Origin: Alphaproteobacteria bacterium
GTDB taxonomy: Bacteria > Pseudomonadota > Alphaproteobacteria > Geminicoccales > Geminicoccaceae
DNA length: 64,000 nucleotides
Assembly: GCA_026982705.1 (NCBI GenBank)
Contig: JALSGP010000009.1
Span: 29,429-93,428, forward strand
Reading direction: 5' to 3'
The translations under genes and the position numbers were made by a program. Every line of letters starts with the position of its first letter. Position 1 is the stretch's first letter. Shown here one piece after another: positions 28,286-37,774 of the stretch. Under the pieces are notes generated by a model that worked only from the letters and a program-made list of their open reading frames with translations, was not told the origin of the DNA and did no database searches.

Positions 28286-29617
28286 TCACCCCTCGCCGAG
28301 CCGCGCGGCCAGCCCGCGCAGCGCTTCCCGCGCCCGCACCAGTTCCCCCTCGGCCGCCCGCACCGTCGCCACGGCGTCGTCCGCCGTCACCTCCGCCTCC
28401 GCCAGCCGCTCGCGGAGATGGCGGAGCTGGCGGCGGGCCTCCCGCACCCGTTCCTGCAGATCCGTCACGACGGCGGCGAGCTCGCGGCGGCCGGCGCGGA
28501 CCCGTCGGCCCCGCAGGCGTTCGCGCAGGGCCGTCAGATGGGCCAGCAGACGGGCGAGCCCGCGCTCCCCCTCGAGGACGGCGTCGAGGCGGGGATCGGC
28601 GGGCGCGCGCGGCGACACCGCCGACCCGCCGCCGGCCTCCAGCACCGCACGGATGCGCCGCAGCTCGCGCAGCAGTTCCGCCAGCTCCCCGCCGGCCCCC
28701 CGATCGCCCACCACCGGCACCGCCGCCACGGTCCGCCGGCCGCCTCCGACCGCCGCCTCCCGCAGCAGCGCCGGGGCCTCGCGTTCGAGGGCCCCGGCGA
28801 CGCGGGCCATCGCCTCGTGGAGGGGGGCGAAAGCCCGTGCGATCTCGGCGGCGAAGGTCCGCTCCACCACCTCCGGCAGTTCGGCGAAGTCGCCGCGGGC
28901 GAGACGGGCCAGATCCTGCCGCTGCTGGCGCAGCACCTCGAGCTGGGCGGCGGCGAGTCCCTCGGCGGTCAGCGGCACCATCCGCGCCTCGAGGGCGTCA
29001 CAGAAACGGGCGAGCTCGCGCTGCGCCTGATGGAGCCGGCTTCGCTCCCGCCAAGTGAAGAGGATGGAGGCGGCGAGACCGGCGATGGAGGTGGCGAACT
29101 TGAAGGTGGCGGCGGCCAGCAGGTCGCGCAGCGAGGCCTGGGCCACCGCCACCTCGGCGGCGGCCACCCCGCGGCTGGCAAAGTGGAGGGCCGCCACCAG
29201 GCCCACGAAGGTGAAGAGCAGCCCCAGCCCCACCAGCAGGTTGGGCACCGATTCGTAGAAGCGGAGATTGAGGGCGCGCACCAGCAGGCCCTGGTCGAAG
29301 TGCTCGCGCGGACGGCGGGCGTAGGCCAGCACGTCGCCGTCGCCGGGGAAGGGCTGCACCGTGGGCACCCAGGCCCTCCACGCCTCCCCCAGCACCGGAT
29401 CGGCCTCCAGCTCGCGGGAGATGCGGGCGAACCGGGCGCGGAAGGCGGCCGGCCCCTCGCAGTTCTCCACCGCCCGGCGGGCGCGGGCGAGGGCCGCCAC
29501 CACCGGCTCGAGGCGGGTGCGGAAGGCGAGCCAGAGGGCGAAGGCGCCGGCGAGGATGGCCGCCGAGAGGATCCACGGCACCGACTCGCCCGCGAGCAGC
29601 GTGAAGAGGGCCTCCAT
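28286..29617 (-). CDS. MotA/TolQ/ExbB-like proton-channel protein with ~200-aa coiled-coil tail (ZorA-like architecture)
   Basis: 443 aa with a GGAG RBS. TM1 VPWILSAAILAGAFALWLAF. Channel-like helices NLLVGLGLLFTFVGLVAAL and FKFATSIAGLAASILFTW. A long Arg/Glu/Leu-rich helical C-terminus follows. Confidence 0.55.
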   Translation of the reverse strand: MEALFTLLAGESVPWILSAAILAGAFALWLAFRTRLEPVVAALARARRAVENCEGPAAFRARFARISRELEADPVLGEAWRAWVPTVQPFPGDGDVLAYARRPREHFDQGLLVRALNLRFYESVPNLLVGLGLLFTFVGLVAALHFASRGVAAAEVAVAQASLRDLLAAATFKFATSIAGLAASILFTWRERSRLHQAQRELARFCDALEARMVPLTAEGLAAAQLEVLRQQRQDLARLARGDFAELPEVVERTFAAEIARAFAPLHEAMARVAGALEREAPALLREAAVGGGRRTVAAVPVVGDRGAGGELAELLRELRRIRAVLEAGGGSAVSPRAPADPRLDAVLEGERGLARLLAHLTALRERLRGRRVRAGRRELAAVVTDLQERVREARRQLRHLRERLAEAEVTADDAVATVRAAEGELVRAREALRGLAARLGEG

Positions 29618-29737
29618 GGGCTGCTCCGACTCCCGCCCGGCGGGCCGCGCACCGCCGTCCCGCCCGCGGCCTCCCGGCGTCGAGATACGTCGGATGCGGC
29701 GGCGGATCCACCGGCGCCGGCATCCCCGGGGGCGTCC

Positions 29738-30235
29738 TCAGCTCAGGGCGTCGATCTCCTCGTCGGAGAGCCGCCCCGGCACCAGCGTCACCGGGACCCG
29801 CAGCCGGTGGAGGTTCTTCACGAGATGGGAGACGATGGGACCGGGATCGCTCTGCTCGGGGGCGGTCGCCAGGACCAGCAGCGAGATCTCCGGCGCCTCC
29901 TCCACCAACCGCAGCGTCTCCTCGGCGCGGTCGCCCTCGCGGATGTAGAGGGTCGGCATGGTGCCGGTCTCGCGGAACACCTCGGCGGCGAGGGTCTGCA
30001 GCCGCCGTTCCGCCTCCAGCCGTGCCTCCTCCTCCAGCACCCGGCCGACCCCGAGCCAGTGCTGGAACTCCGCCGGCTCCACCACGTAGAGCAGCGCCAC
30101 CCGCCCCCCGGTGTGCATGGCCCGCCGGCAGGCGAAGCGCAGTGCGTTGCGCATTTCCCGGCTCTCGTCCACCACCACCAGGAAGACGCGCGGCCGTGTC
30201 CCGCCCCCGGTGGCCGTCCCCGCGGTTCCGCCCAT
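29738..30235 (-). CDS. universal stress protein (UspA family)
   Basis: RVFLVVVDESREMRNALRFACRRA ... ISLLVLAT ... GPIVSHLVKNLHRLRVPVTLVP, a typical Usp alpha/beta fold pattern. Confidence 0.75.
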   Translation of the reverse strand: MGGTAGTATGGGTRPRVFLVVVDESREMRNALRFACRRAMHTGGRVALLYVVEPAEFQHWLGVGRVLEEEARLEAERRLQTLAAEVFRETGTMPTLYIREGDRAEETLRLVEEAPEISLLVLATAPEQSDPGPIVSHLVKNLHRLRVPVTLVPGRLSDEEIDALS

Positions 30236-30237
30236 GG

Positions 30238-31047
30238 TCAGCGCCTGCCCAGCAGTGCGTTGGCCCCGAACCCGGCGATCATCGCGATCACCACGGAAGT
30301 CAAGCCGTAGAGGGCCGGCCGGCGACGTGCGAAGTCGGACAGCTCAGCCTCGAGCCCCACCTTGGAGACGAAGAGGACGTTGGTCTGGGCGTGGGCGATG
30401 CGGCCGTCGCGGAGATAGAGGGTGCGGACCCGGTAGTTGCCGGGCGGCACGGCACCGGGGAAGTGGAGATCGCCGCGGAAGAGGATGTCGCCGATGCGGC
30501 GGACGGCCGCCGGATCCTCCAGATAGAGACCGCGCGCGCGCTTCTTGCGCAGGAGGGCCGCGCGGAACTCGGCCAGCTCCCGCCGCCGCACCGGACCCTC
30601 CGCCTCGAGTCGGGCGACCAGGGCCTCGAGGTCGAGACCGAGGGTGGCGGCCAGCCCGCCCGTCCCACCTCCCCCGTCGCCGCCCTCGCCGAGGACGGCG
30701 TAGAAGGCCGGCACGTCCCGGAAACGCACCTCGCGGGTCACCAGCCAGAAGGGGCCGACGCGCTCACGGCGCCGGATGCGCACGTCGCGACCCGGCCCCT
30801 GCACCACCACGGCGACGCGGCCGGCGGGATCGCGCAGGGCGCCGAAGAGGACGAGATCGGTGCCGGAAAAGACGGTGGTGATGGCCACGAGATGGCGGGA
30901 GAGATCGGCGACGAGGGGCTGCCCGCGCCCCGCCGCCGGCCACGTCAGGACCAGCAGCAGTCCCAGCAGCGCGCACCGCGGTCCCACCACCGCCCTGTCC
31001 CCGGCGCCCTCAGCCCGCGGCCCGCAGCGCATCCGTCCCCTCGCCAC
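30238..31047 (-). CDS. alphaproteobacterial putative membrane protein (TIGR02186 / Alph_Pro_TM-like)
   Basis: Signal peptide, ITTVFSGTDLVLFGAL, VAVVVQGPGRDVRIRRRERVGPFW, and a C-terminal TM (LYGLTSVVIAMIAGFGANALLG). Start is uncertain because the ORF overlaps the arsR 3' end by up to 38 nt. Confidence 0.55.
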   Translation of the reverse strand: MARGRMRCGPRAEGAGDRAVVGPRCALLGLLLVLTWPAAGRGQPLVADLSRHLVAITTVFSGTDLVLFGALRDPAGRVAVVVQGPGRDVRIRRRERVGPFWLVTREVRFRDVPAFYAVLGEGGDGGGGTGGLAATLGLDLEALVARLEAEGPVRRRELAEFRAALLRKKRARGLYLEDPAAVRRIGDILFRGDLHFPGAVPPGNYRVRTLYLRDGRIAHAQTNVLFVSKVGLEAELSDFARRRPALYGLTSVVIAMIAGFGANALLGRR

Positions 31048-31459
31048 GGCCGGTGCGGGGCGACGTCCCGTCGCCCGTCCCCACGGAGGCCGGCCGCGCC
31101 TCGCCGCGCCCGGGTTCCTCGCCGCGGGCCGGCACGCAGTAGAGATCGTAGAGGGTGGCCAGCACCGCCTCCACCTCCGGCGAGGCGAGGGAATAGAAGA
31201 TCTGCTGGGCCTGGCGGCGGGTGCGCACGAGGCCGTGGTGGCGCAGCTTGGCCAGCTGCTGGGAAAGGGCCGACTGACTGATGCCGATCTGGCGCACCAG
31301 CTCGCCCACCGACATCTCGCGGCCCACCAGCTGGCAGAGGATGAGCAGCCGGTGTTCGTTGCTCATGGCCTTGAGCAGGCGCGAGGCCTCCTCGGCCGCC
31401 TCGCGCAGCCGCGCCATGTCGGCGGGCGTGGCGTGATCGGCGTGTTCGGGACGGGTCAT
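31010..31459 (-). CDS. ArsR/SmtB-family transcriptional regulator
   Basis: LLKAMSNEHRLLILCQLVGREMSVGELVRQIGISQSALSQQLAKLRHHGLVRTRRQAQQIFYSL is a canonical ArsR wHTH. Confidence 0.8.
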   Translation of the reverse strand: MTRPEHADHATPADMARLREAAEEASRLLKAMSNEHRLLILCQLVGREMSVGELVRQIGISQSALSQQLAKLRHHGLVRTRRQAQQIFYSLASPEVEAVLATLYDLYCVPARGEEPGRGEARPASVGTGDGTSPRTGRGEGTDALRAAG

Positions 31460-31480
31460 CCTCGTCTTCCTCCCTGATCC

Positions 31481-32626
31481 TCAAGGTCGGGTGCCGGGGG
31501 ACATGCGCGACATCCCGCGCAGCGCGCGCGGATGGAAGAGACCGGCGGCGAGCAGACGGACCCCCAGCCGTCCGCCCAGGACGATGCCGAGGAGGGCCAG
31601 CAGCGAGCCCGCCGACAGGGTGGAGAGGCCGGTGAGGCCCTGCCCCACGGTGCAGCCCATGGCGAGGGTCCCGCCCACCCCCATCAGCAGACCGCCGGCG
31701 AGATGGCGCCCGGCGTCGCCACCGTCGACAAAGCCGTCGAAACGGAATTCGCCGCTCCCGCGGGCGGCGGCGAAGGATCCGGCGAGCACGCCCAGCACCA
31801 CCGCCACCCCGAAGCCGGGCCAGCCCTCGCCGGCCATGAGGAACCAGACGGTCCGGGCGAGGGGACCGACGAAGGACAGGGAGACCACGGGGCCGGGCTC
31901 GAAGAGGTCGTGGGTGAACATCCCGGTGATCCACCAGCCGGCGAGGACGGCGGCGGCGAGACCGAGGGCGGTGGCGGACTCGCGCGAGGGCCGGCGCAGG
32001 CGCGGCTCGGCCAGGGCGAAGGCGAGCAGGGCACCGCCCGCCAGCAGCGAGAGGAGGAGGGTCCCGCCCGTCCCGAGGCCCAGGGGCGCCGCCATCAGGT
32101 CCGGAAGGGCAGCGCCCGCCTCCGGCCGCGCCGTGCCCACCGCCCGCAGCCAGCCGTGCAGCGGTGCCAGCGGCCCCGCCATGGTGGCGAAGGCGGAGAT
32201 CGCCAGCATCAGCACCGCCAGCAGCGCCCGCACGCTGCCCTCGCCGGCGCGCACGAGACAGCGGCTGGCACAGCCCCCGGCCAGCACCATGCCGATGCCG
32301 AAGAGCAGACCACCACCCAGCGCCCCGAGCCAGAAGATCCCGTCCCGCAGATAGGGACTCTCGGCCAGCGGCAGACCGGCCAGGGTGGCGCTCGCACGCA
32401 CGCCGAGAACGGCGAGGCCGGCGGCCATCGCCCACACCCTGAGCCGGCGCAGGCTGCCGAACACGGTCCAGTCGGAGACCGCGCCCATGAAACAGTAGCG
32501 GGTCCGCTGCAGCAGCGCGCCCGTGAACAGTCCGAGCGCGAAGCCGGCGGCGGCACGCCACAGGGCGATCTCCACCTCGTCCGCTCCCTCGCGATCCGCG
32601 TCCCGTTTATCCGATTCCGCGAACAT
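31481..32626 (-). CDS. YeeE/YedE family sulfur(thiosulfate)-transport membrane protein
   Basis: Repeated Cys motifs: QRTRYCFMGAV, LAGGCASRCLVRAG, LAMGCTVGQGLTG. ORF starts at 32674, but the first 16 codons lie in an A/T-rich intergenic-looking stretch, so ATG 32626 is preferred (start uncertain). Confidence 0.7.
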   Translation of the reverse strand: MFAESDKRDADREGADEVEIALWRAAAGFALGLFTGALLQRTRYCFMGAVSDWTVFGSLRRLRVWAMAAGLAVLGVRASATLAGLPLAESPYLRDGIFWLGALGGGLLFGIGMVLAGGCASRCLVRAGEGSVRALLAVLMLAISAFATMAGPLAPLHGWLRAVGTARPEAGAALPDLMAAPLGLGTGGTLLLSLLAGGALLAFALAEPRLRRPSRESATALGLAAAVLAGWWITGMFTHDLFEPGPVVSLSFVGPLARTVWFLMAGEGWPGFGVAVVLGVLAGSFAAARGSGEFRFDGFVDGGDAGRHLAGGLLMGVGGTLAMGCTVGQGLTGLSTLSAGSLLALLGIVLGGRLGVRLLAAGLFHPRALRGMSRMSPGTRP

Positions 32627-32758
32627 TATCAATACGCTCAACCATATGCTCTTCGACGGATTTTCCACATCCATTTCGAGGAAATATCCGCGCCGTCCCC
32701 GCCCCGACGGTTTACTCGCCGCCGGCGGACCCTACACCAGCCCCGTGCGGCATCGGGG

Positions 32759-33754
32759 ATGCGCATGCACGGAGAGACGGCGTCCGTCGGCATCGTCGGG
32801 GCCGGGAGCTGGGGCACGGCCCTCGCCTGCGCGGTGGCGCGGGCCGGCCGCCGCGTCCGGCTGTGGGCGCGCGATCCCACGGCCGTCCAATTCATGCGCG
32901 CGCGGCGGGAGAGCCCGCGGCTTCCGGGCGTGCCGCTGCCGCGAGGGGTGGAGCCCACCGCCGATCTCGCCGACCTCGCCGATTGTGCGGTGCTGCTGCT
33001 GGCGGTCCCGGCCCAGACGGTGCGGACCGTCGCCCGCCGCATCGCATCGCTGCCGGGCACACCCCTGGTCTGCGCCAAGGGCATCGAGCGTGGGACCCGC
33101 CTGCGCCTCACCCGGGTGGTGGCGGAGGAGACGGGGCACCGGACGGTGGGGGTGCTCTCCGGTCCCTCCTTCGCCCGCGAGGTGGCCGAGGGCCGCCCCA
33201 CCGCCCTCACCCTCGCCGCCCCCGATCTCGCCCTCGCCCGTCGCCTCGCCGCCCTCCTCGCCAGTCCCGCCTTCCGCCTCTATCCCGCCGACGATCCGGT
33301 GGGGGTGGAACTGGCGGGCGCCCTCAAGAACGTGGTCGCCATCGCCGCCGGCGTGGTGATGGGTCGCGGCCTCGGCGAGAACGCGCGGGCGGCGCTGATC
33401 ACCCGCGGCCTCGCCGAGACGGCGCGGCTGGTGGTGGCGGAGGGCGGCCGCCGCGAGACCCTGATGGGGCTTTCCGGTCTCGGCGATCTCATGCTCACCG
33501 CCACCAGTCTCACCTCCCGCAACACCCGTTTCGGCTACGACCTCGGCCGCGGCGTGCCGCTGGCCGAGCTGCACGTTCCGGATCGGCCGCTGGCCGAGGG
33601 CGTGTGGACCGCCCGCGCCGCCCTCGAACTCGCCGCCCGCCACGGGGTGGAGCTGCCCGTCACGGCAGCGGTGGCCGACGTGGTGGAGGGGCGCATCGAC
33701 GTGGCGGCGGCGGTGCGGCGCCTGCTGGCCCGCCCGCCGGCCGCCCGCGAGTGA
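32759..33754 (+). CDS. gpsA: NAD(P)H-dependent glycerol-3-phosphate dehydrogenase
   Basis: VGIVGAGSWGTALACAVARAG, LSGPSFAREVA, GALKNVVAIAAG, SRNTRFG. ATG 32759 in ORF 31532..33754. Confidence 0.85.
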   Translation: MRMHGETASVGIVGAGSWGTALACAVARAGRRVRLWARDPTAVQFMRARRESPRLPGVPLPRGVEPTADLADLADCAVLLLAVPAQTVRTVARRIASLPGTPLVCAKGIERGTRLRLTRVVAEETGHRTVGVLSGPSFAREVAEGRPTALTLAAPDLALARRLAALLASPAFRLYPADDPVGVELAGALKNVVAIAAGVVMGRGLGENARAALITRGLAETARLVVAEGGRRETLMGLSGLGDLMLTATSLTSRNTRFGYDLGRGVPLAELHVPDRPLAEGVWTARAALELAARHGVELPVTAAVADVVEGRIDVAAAVRRLLARPPAARE

Positions 33755-33898
33755 AGGGGATGCCGGAGCCGCCCTCGCGCGGCGGGCGAGGATCGGCGCG
33801 GGGGATTGCCTTCCACGGGGCTTTGCGCGAAACTCGATCCTGACGCACAGGCTGTGCCCGCGGCCTTCGTGCGGGGATCCGCCCTGTGGGAGGAGGCC

Positions 33899-34714
33899 AT
33901 GAACTGTGCGGATCTCGACCGGCTGCTGGAGGCGCACGTCGGCCGTCGGCTGACCGCGCGGGAGCGCGACGGGCTCGTCCGCCATCTCCTGGTCTGCCGC
34001 CACTGTCGTCTGCGGGTGCAGGAGCTGCGCCGCTTCGAACTGGAGCTGGCGCGGCGTCTGCCCGCCTTCGCCGAGATCGCCTTCTGGTCGGTGCTGGCGG
34101 CGGAGCCCGCCACGGTGGCGCCGCGCGAGGCGGGCCGCCGGCTGTTGCCGGTCCAGCTCCCCGCCCGCCTGCCGGCGCCCGCCCGGCGTCCGCCGGCGCC
34201 TCGACCGCCGCGGATGCGGGATCCCGGGGCCGGCACGCGCGGCCGCCGGATGGGACGGGTGTTCAGACGCACCCTCGGCCTCGCCGTCCTCGCCGCTCTC
34301 GGCATGGCGGCCCTTCACCGGCTGCTGACCCCCGCCGGGATGCCGACGCCCGAGCCCGTGGATCTGCGGGCACCCGCCGACTTCGACCGGGTCGACTTCG
34401 TCACCCCCGATTCCGCGGTGCTGCGCGACTGGTTCCGCATCCAGCTCGGCGGCGCGCCGCCGCTGCCGGAGCCGCCCGCCGACGTCGCGCTCCTGGGGGG
34501 CCGGGTCGAGGGGTTCGGCGCCCGGGTGCGGGCGGTGGCGGTCTACGAGCACCGCGGTCGTCGTTTCGCGCTCTATGCCCTGCCCGCCGATCCGTCCTCC
34601 GACCTTCCGCGCGCCCCCGGCATCCGGCGTGAGGGCTGGATCCTGGTGCCGGTGGGCGACGTGCCCGCCGAACACCGGACCCTCTTCACCGGTGCACCGG
34701 TGCCGGTCCCGTGA
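33899..34714 (+). CDS. zf-HC2 anti-sigma-factor-like membrane protein
   Basis: GGGAGGAGG RBS. MNCADLDRLLEAH...HLLVCRHCRLRVQEL is a putative zinc-finger (H-x3-C-x2-C). One central TM (LGLAVLAALGMAAL). Confidence 0.5.
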   Translation: MNCADLDRLLEAHVGRRLTARERDGLVRHLLVCRHCRLRVQELRRFELELARRLPAFAEIAFWSVLAAEPATVAPREAGRRLLPVQLPARLPAPARRPPAPRPPRMRDPGAGTRGRRMGRVFRRTLGLAVLAALGMAALHRLLTPAGMPTPEPVDLRAPADFDRVDFVTPDSAVLRDWFRIQLGGAPPLPEPPADVALLGGRVEGFGARVRAVAVYEHRGRRFALYALPADPSSDLPRAPGIRREGWILVPVGDVPAEHRTLFTGAPVPVP

Positions 34715-36009
34715 GCCTCCGGACCCGCATCGTCGCCCTCGCCGTCGTGCTGGCGATGCCGGCGCCGGTGGCCGTCCGCGCCGACATGATCGTGGAACTC
34801 CGCGACGGCCGTCGCATCGTCCTGCCGGTGCGGCGGGAGGAGGTGGTGCGCGTCCGCTTCTCGGACGGGACCGTCCTCTCCGGCGGCCGCATCGGCCTCC
34901 TCGGTGCGGAGACCGACGCGGCCGACGTCCGTCCGGCGACGCCCACCGGCGGCGGCCGGGTGCTGCGGGTGGGACCGGAGGGGCCCTTCCGTCGGCCGAG
35001 CGAGGCGGCGGCCGCGGCAAGGGACGGCGACGTGGTGGAGATCACCGCCGGCCACTACCGCGACGTGGCCGTGTGGCGGGCGTCGGATCTGGTGATCCGC
35101 GGCGTGGATGGCCGGCCGGTGATCGACGGCGGCGGCCGCGGCGCCGAGGACAAGGCGGTGTGGGTGATCCGGGGCGCCCGGGTGCGGGTGGAGAACGTGG
35201 AGCTGGTGGGCGCCGCCGTTCCCGACCGCAACGGCGCCGGCATCCGTGCCGAGGGCGCCGATCTCGAGCTCGTGGGCGTCTCCGTCCACGACAACGAAAT
35301 GGGCATTCTGGTGGCGGCCGACTTCCGCGGCACCGTGCGCATCGTCGATTCCGAGTTCTACCGCAACTTCACCGATCACGAGCGCTACGGCGTGCCGCCC
35401 GGCCACAACGTCTACGTCTCCGGCGGCGACCGGCTGGTGCTGGAGGGCTCCCACCTCCACGGCATGCGCGGCGGTCACGGCGTCAAGAGCCGCGCCCGCG
35501 CCAATCTCATCCGCTGCAACCGCATCGAGGACGGCGACGGGGCGGGCTCCTATCTGATCGACATCGCCGAGGCCGCCCCCACGCGCATCGAGGGCAATCT
35601 GCTGATCCAGGGGCCGCGGGCCGAGAATCGGACGCTGGTGGCCTTCGGCACCGAGGGGGGCGATCCGGATGCCCGCCTCGAGCTCGCCTTCGACACCCTG
35701 GTGAGCGAGGTGGCGGGCGCCGTCTTCGTCGCCAACCACACGCCCACACCCGCATCGGTACGGGCCACCCTGCTGGTGGGCCGCGGGCGGCCGCTTTCGG
35801 GTCCCGGCACCCTCACCGCCACCCTCGCCTTCCCCGACGCCGCCGCGGCCGGTCTCGACGGCGACGGCATCCCGCGGCCCGATTCGCCCGCCGTCGACGC
35901 CGCCGGCCGCCAGCCGCCGCCGCCCTGTCGTTTCCGTGCCCCGCGCGGCACCCTTCCCCGGACGGTGCGGGGGCGGGGCGCCGATGTGGGCGCCTTCGAG
36001 GGCGGCTGA
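34711..36009 (+). CDS. secreted right-handed parallel beta-helix repeat protein
   Basis: GTG start overlaps the upstream stop (GTGA). Signal peptide IVALAVVLAMPAPVAVRA. Repeated turns such as NGAGIRAEGADLELVGVSVHDNEMGILV / VRIVDSEFYRN / NVYVSGGDRLVLEGSHLHG. Confidence 0.55.
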   Translation: MSLRTRIVALAVVLAMPAPVAVRADMIVELRDGRRIVLPVRREEVVRVRFSDGTVLSGGRIGLLGAETDAADVRPATPTGGGRVLRVGPEGPFRRPSEAAAAARDGDVVEITAGHYRDVAVWRASDLVIRGVDGRPVIDGGGRGAEDKAVWVIRGARVRVENVELVGAAVPDRNGAGIRAEGADLELVGVSVHDNEMGILVAADFRGTVRIVDSEFYRNFTDHERYGVPPGHNVYVSGGDRLVLEGSHLHGMRGGHGVKSRARANLIRCNRIEDGDGAGSYLIDIAEAAPTRIEGNLLIQGPRAENRTLVAFGTEGGDPDARLELAFDTLVSEVAGAVFVANHTPTPASVRATLLVGRGRPLSGPGTLTATLAFPDAAAAGLDGDGIPRPDSPAVDAAGRQPPPPCRFRAPRGTLPRTVRGRGADVGAFEGG

Positions 36010-36492
36010 TCAGACCTCGCAGGCGAGGTCCTCCGGCGCCCCCTCCACCTCGGCGATGCGCCGCTCGAGCCGGCCCAGCATCCGCTCCAGACAGGCGCGC
36101 TCGCACCCGTCCAGACCGGCGAGGAAGCGTCGCTCCCAGGCCAGCGCCTCCGCCGCCACCGCGGCGTAGATCTCGCGTCCGCGTCCGGTGAGCCGGTGAC
36201 GGGTCACCCGATGGTCCCGGCGGTCGCGCTCGCGGGCCACGAGCCCCTTGCGCGCCAGCGCCTGGGCGGCGCGGGTGATCTTCACCTTGTCCATGGCCGT
36301 GCGCGCCGAGAGTTCGCGCGCCGACAGGCCGTCCTCGCGTCCCAGGACCGCCATCACCCGCCATTCCGGCACCGACAGGCCGAAGCGGTCGCGATAGCGA
36401 CGCGCCAGCGCCGCGCTGATGCGATTGGCCAGCACCGAAAGCCGGTAGGGGACGAACCGTTCCAGCCGCAGGACGGGCTCGGACGCCTTCAC
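36010..36492 (-). CDS. MarR-family transcriptional regulator
   Basis: LSVPEWRVMAVLGREDGLSARELSARTAMDKVKITRAAQALARKGLV is a MarR wHTH. Divergent from the homogentisate dioxygenase-like gene. Confidence 0.8.
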   Translation of the reverse strand: MKASEPVLRLERFVPYRLSVLANRISAALARRYRDRFGLSVPEWRVMAVLGREDGLSARELSARTAMDKVKITRAAQALARKGLVARERDRRDHRVTRHRLTGRGREIYAAVAAEALAWERRFLAGLDGCERACLERMLGRLERRIAEVEGAPEDLACEV

Positions 36493-36591
36493 GGATTCTT
36501 TTCCCGTTGCCTTTGGTTTCAGATGAAACTAATTCGGGGGGTGCCTCACGGACAACCCCGACCCCGCACGGTCAGAGAGGAGGCGGTCGTC

Positions 36592-37728
36592 ATGCGCAAG
36601 CCCATCGCGTTCCCGCGCGTGGAAGGCGAAGCCGCGCGCCAGGCCCATGCCGGCTTCCGTCGCGAGCTCTACGAGCGCGAACTGGGCCGGGAGGGCTTCT
36701 TCGGTCCGGCCACCCACATGTACCATACCCATCCCCCCACCGGCTGGCTCGACTGGGAGGGGCCGCTGGCCCCGCGCTGCTTCTATCTGGAACGGATCCG
36801 GGATGTCCACGCCTCGCCCTGGGACGCGGTACGGTTCCTCCACAATGCCCACTGCAAGATGCGCTTCTGGCGGGCGCCGGAGCGGATGGACCATCTCGTC
36901 CGCAACGCCGACGGTGACGAACTCCTCTTCGTCCACCGCGGGCGCGGCCATCTCTTCTGTGACTTCGGCCACCTCGAGATCCGGCCGGGCGACTACGTGA
37001 TCCTGCCGCGCGGCACCATGTGGCGGATCGAGGCCGAAGAGCCGATCACCGCGCTCCTGATCGAGGCCACCGGCTCCATGTACATGCTGCCCGAGAAGGG
37101 CATCGTCGGCCGCCACGCCATCTTCGACGAGGGCGTGCTGGAGACGCCGCACATCGACGAGCGCTTCCGTGCCCAGTACGACGAGCTCGGTCCCGACGGC
37201 ACCTGGAAGGTGCGGGTCAAGCGGCGCGATGCCCTCAGCACCGTCACCTTCCCCTTCAATCCGCTGGACGCGGTGGGCTGGAAGGGCGACAATGTGCCGG
37301 TGCGCCTCAACGTCGAGGACATCCGCCCGCTCGCGAGCCACCGCTATCACCTGCCACCCTCGGCCCACACCACCTGGGTGGCCAACCGCTTCGTGGTCTG
37401 CACCTTCGTGCCGCGGCCCTTCGAGAGCGCGCCCGACGCCCTCAAGGTGCCCTTCTACCACAACAACGACGACTACGACGAGGTGATCTTCTATCATGCC
37501 GGGGACTTCTTCTCGCGCGACAACGTCGAGCCCGGCATGGTCACCTTCCATCCCTGCGGCTTCACCCACGGTCCCCATCCGAAGGCCCTCGGGCGGGCGT
37601 GGGAGCAGCCCAAGGCCATGACCGACGAGTACGCGGTCATGATCGACACCCGCGATCCCTTGGAGGTGGGCGAGCTGCCCGAGGGGGTGGAATGGAAGGA
37701 GTACAGGTACAGCTGGCGGGGATCCTGA
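36592..37728 (+). CDS. homogentisate 1,2-dioxygenase-like cupin dioxygenase
   Basis: [12 protein letters not shown] before ATG 36592. FFGPATHMYHTHPPTGW, ELLFVHRGRGHLFCDFGHLEIRPGDYVILPRG, VPFYHNNDDYDEVIFYH, FHPCGFTHGPHP. Flanked by MarR and a FAH-family gene. Confidence 0.65.
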   Translation: MRKPIAFPRVEGEAARQAHAGFRRELYERELGREGFFGPATHMYHTHPPTGWLDWEGPLAPRCFYLERIRDVHASPWDAVRFLHNAHCKMRFWRAPERMDHLVRNADGDELLFVHRGRGHLFCDFGHLEIRPGDYVILPRGTMWRIEAEEPITALLIEATGSMYMLPEKGIVGRHAIFDEGVLETPHIDERFRAQYDELGPDGTWKVRVKRRDALSTVTFPFNPLDAVGWKGDNVPVRLNVEDIRPLASHRYHLPPSAHTTWVANRFVVCTFVPRPFESAPDALKVPFYHNNDDYDEVIFYHAGDFFSRDNVEPGMVTFHPCGFTHGPHPKALGRAWEQPKAMTDEYAVMIDTRDPLEVGELPEGVEWKEYRYSWRGS

Positions 37729-37774
37729 GGTACCGCCGGACCGAGGACGGAACGATTCCGGAGTCCGCGAGGCG

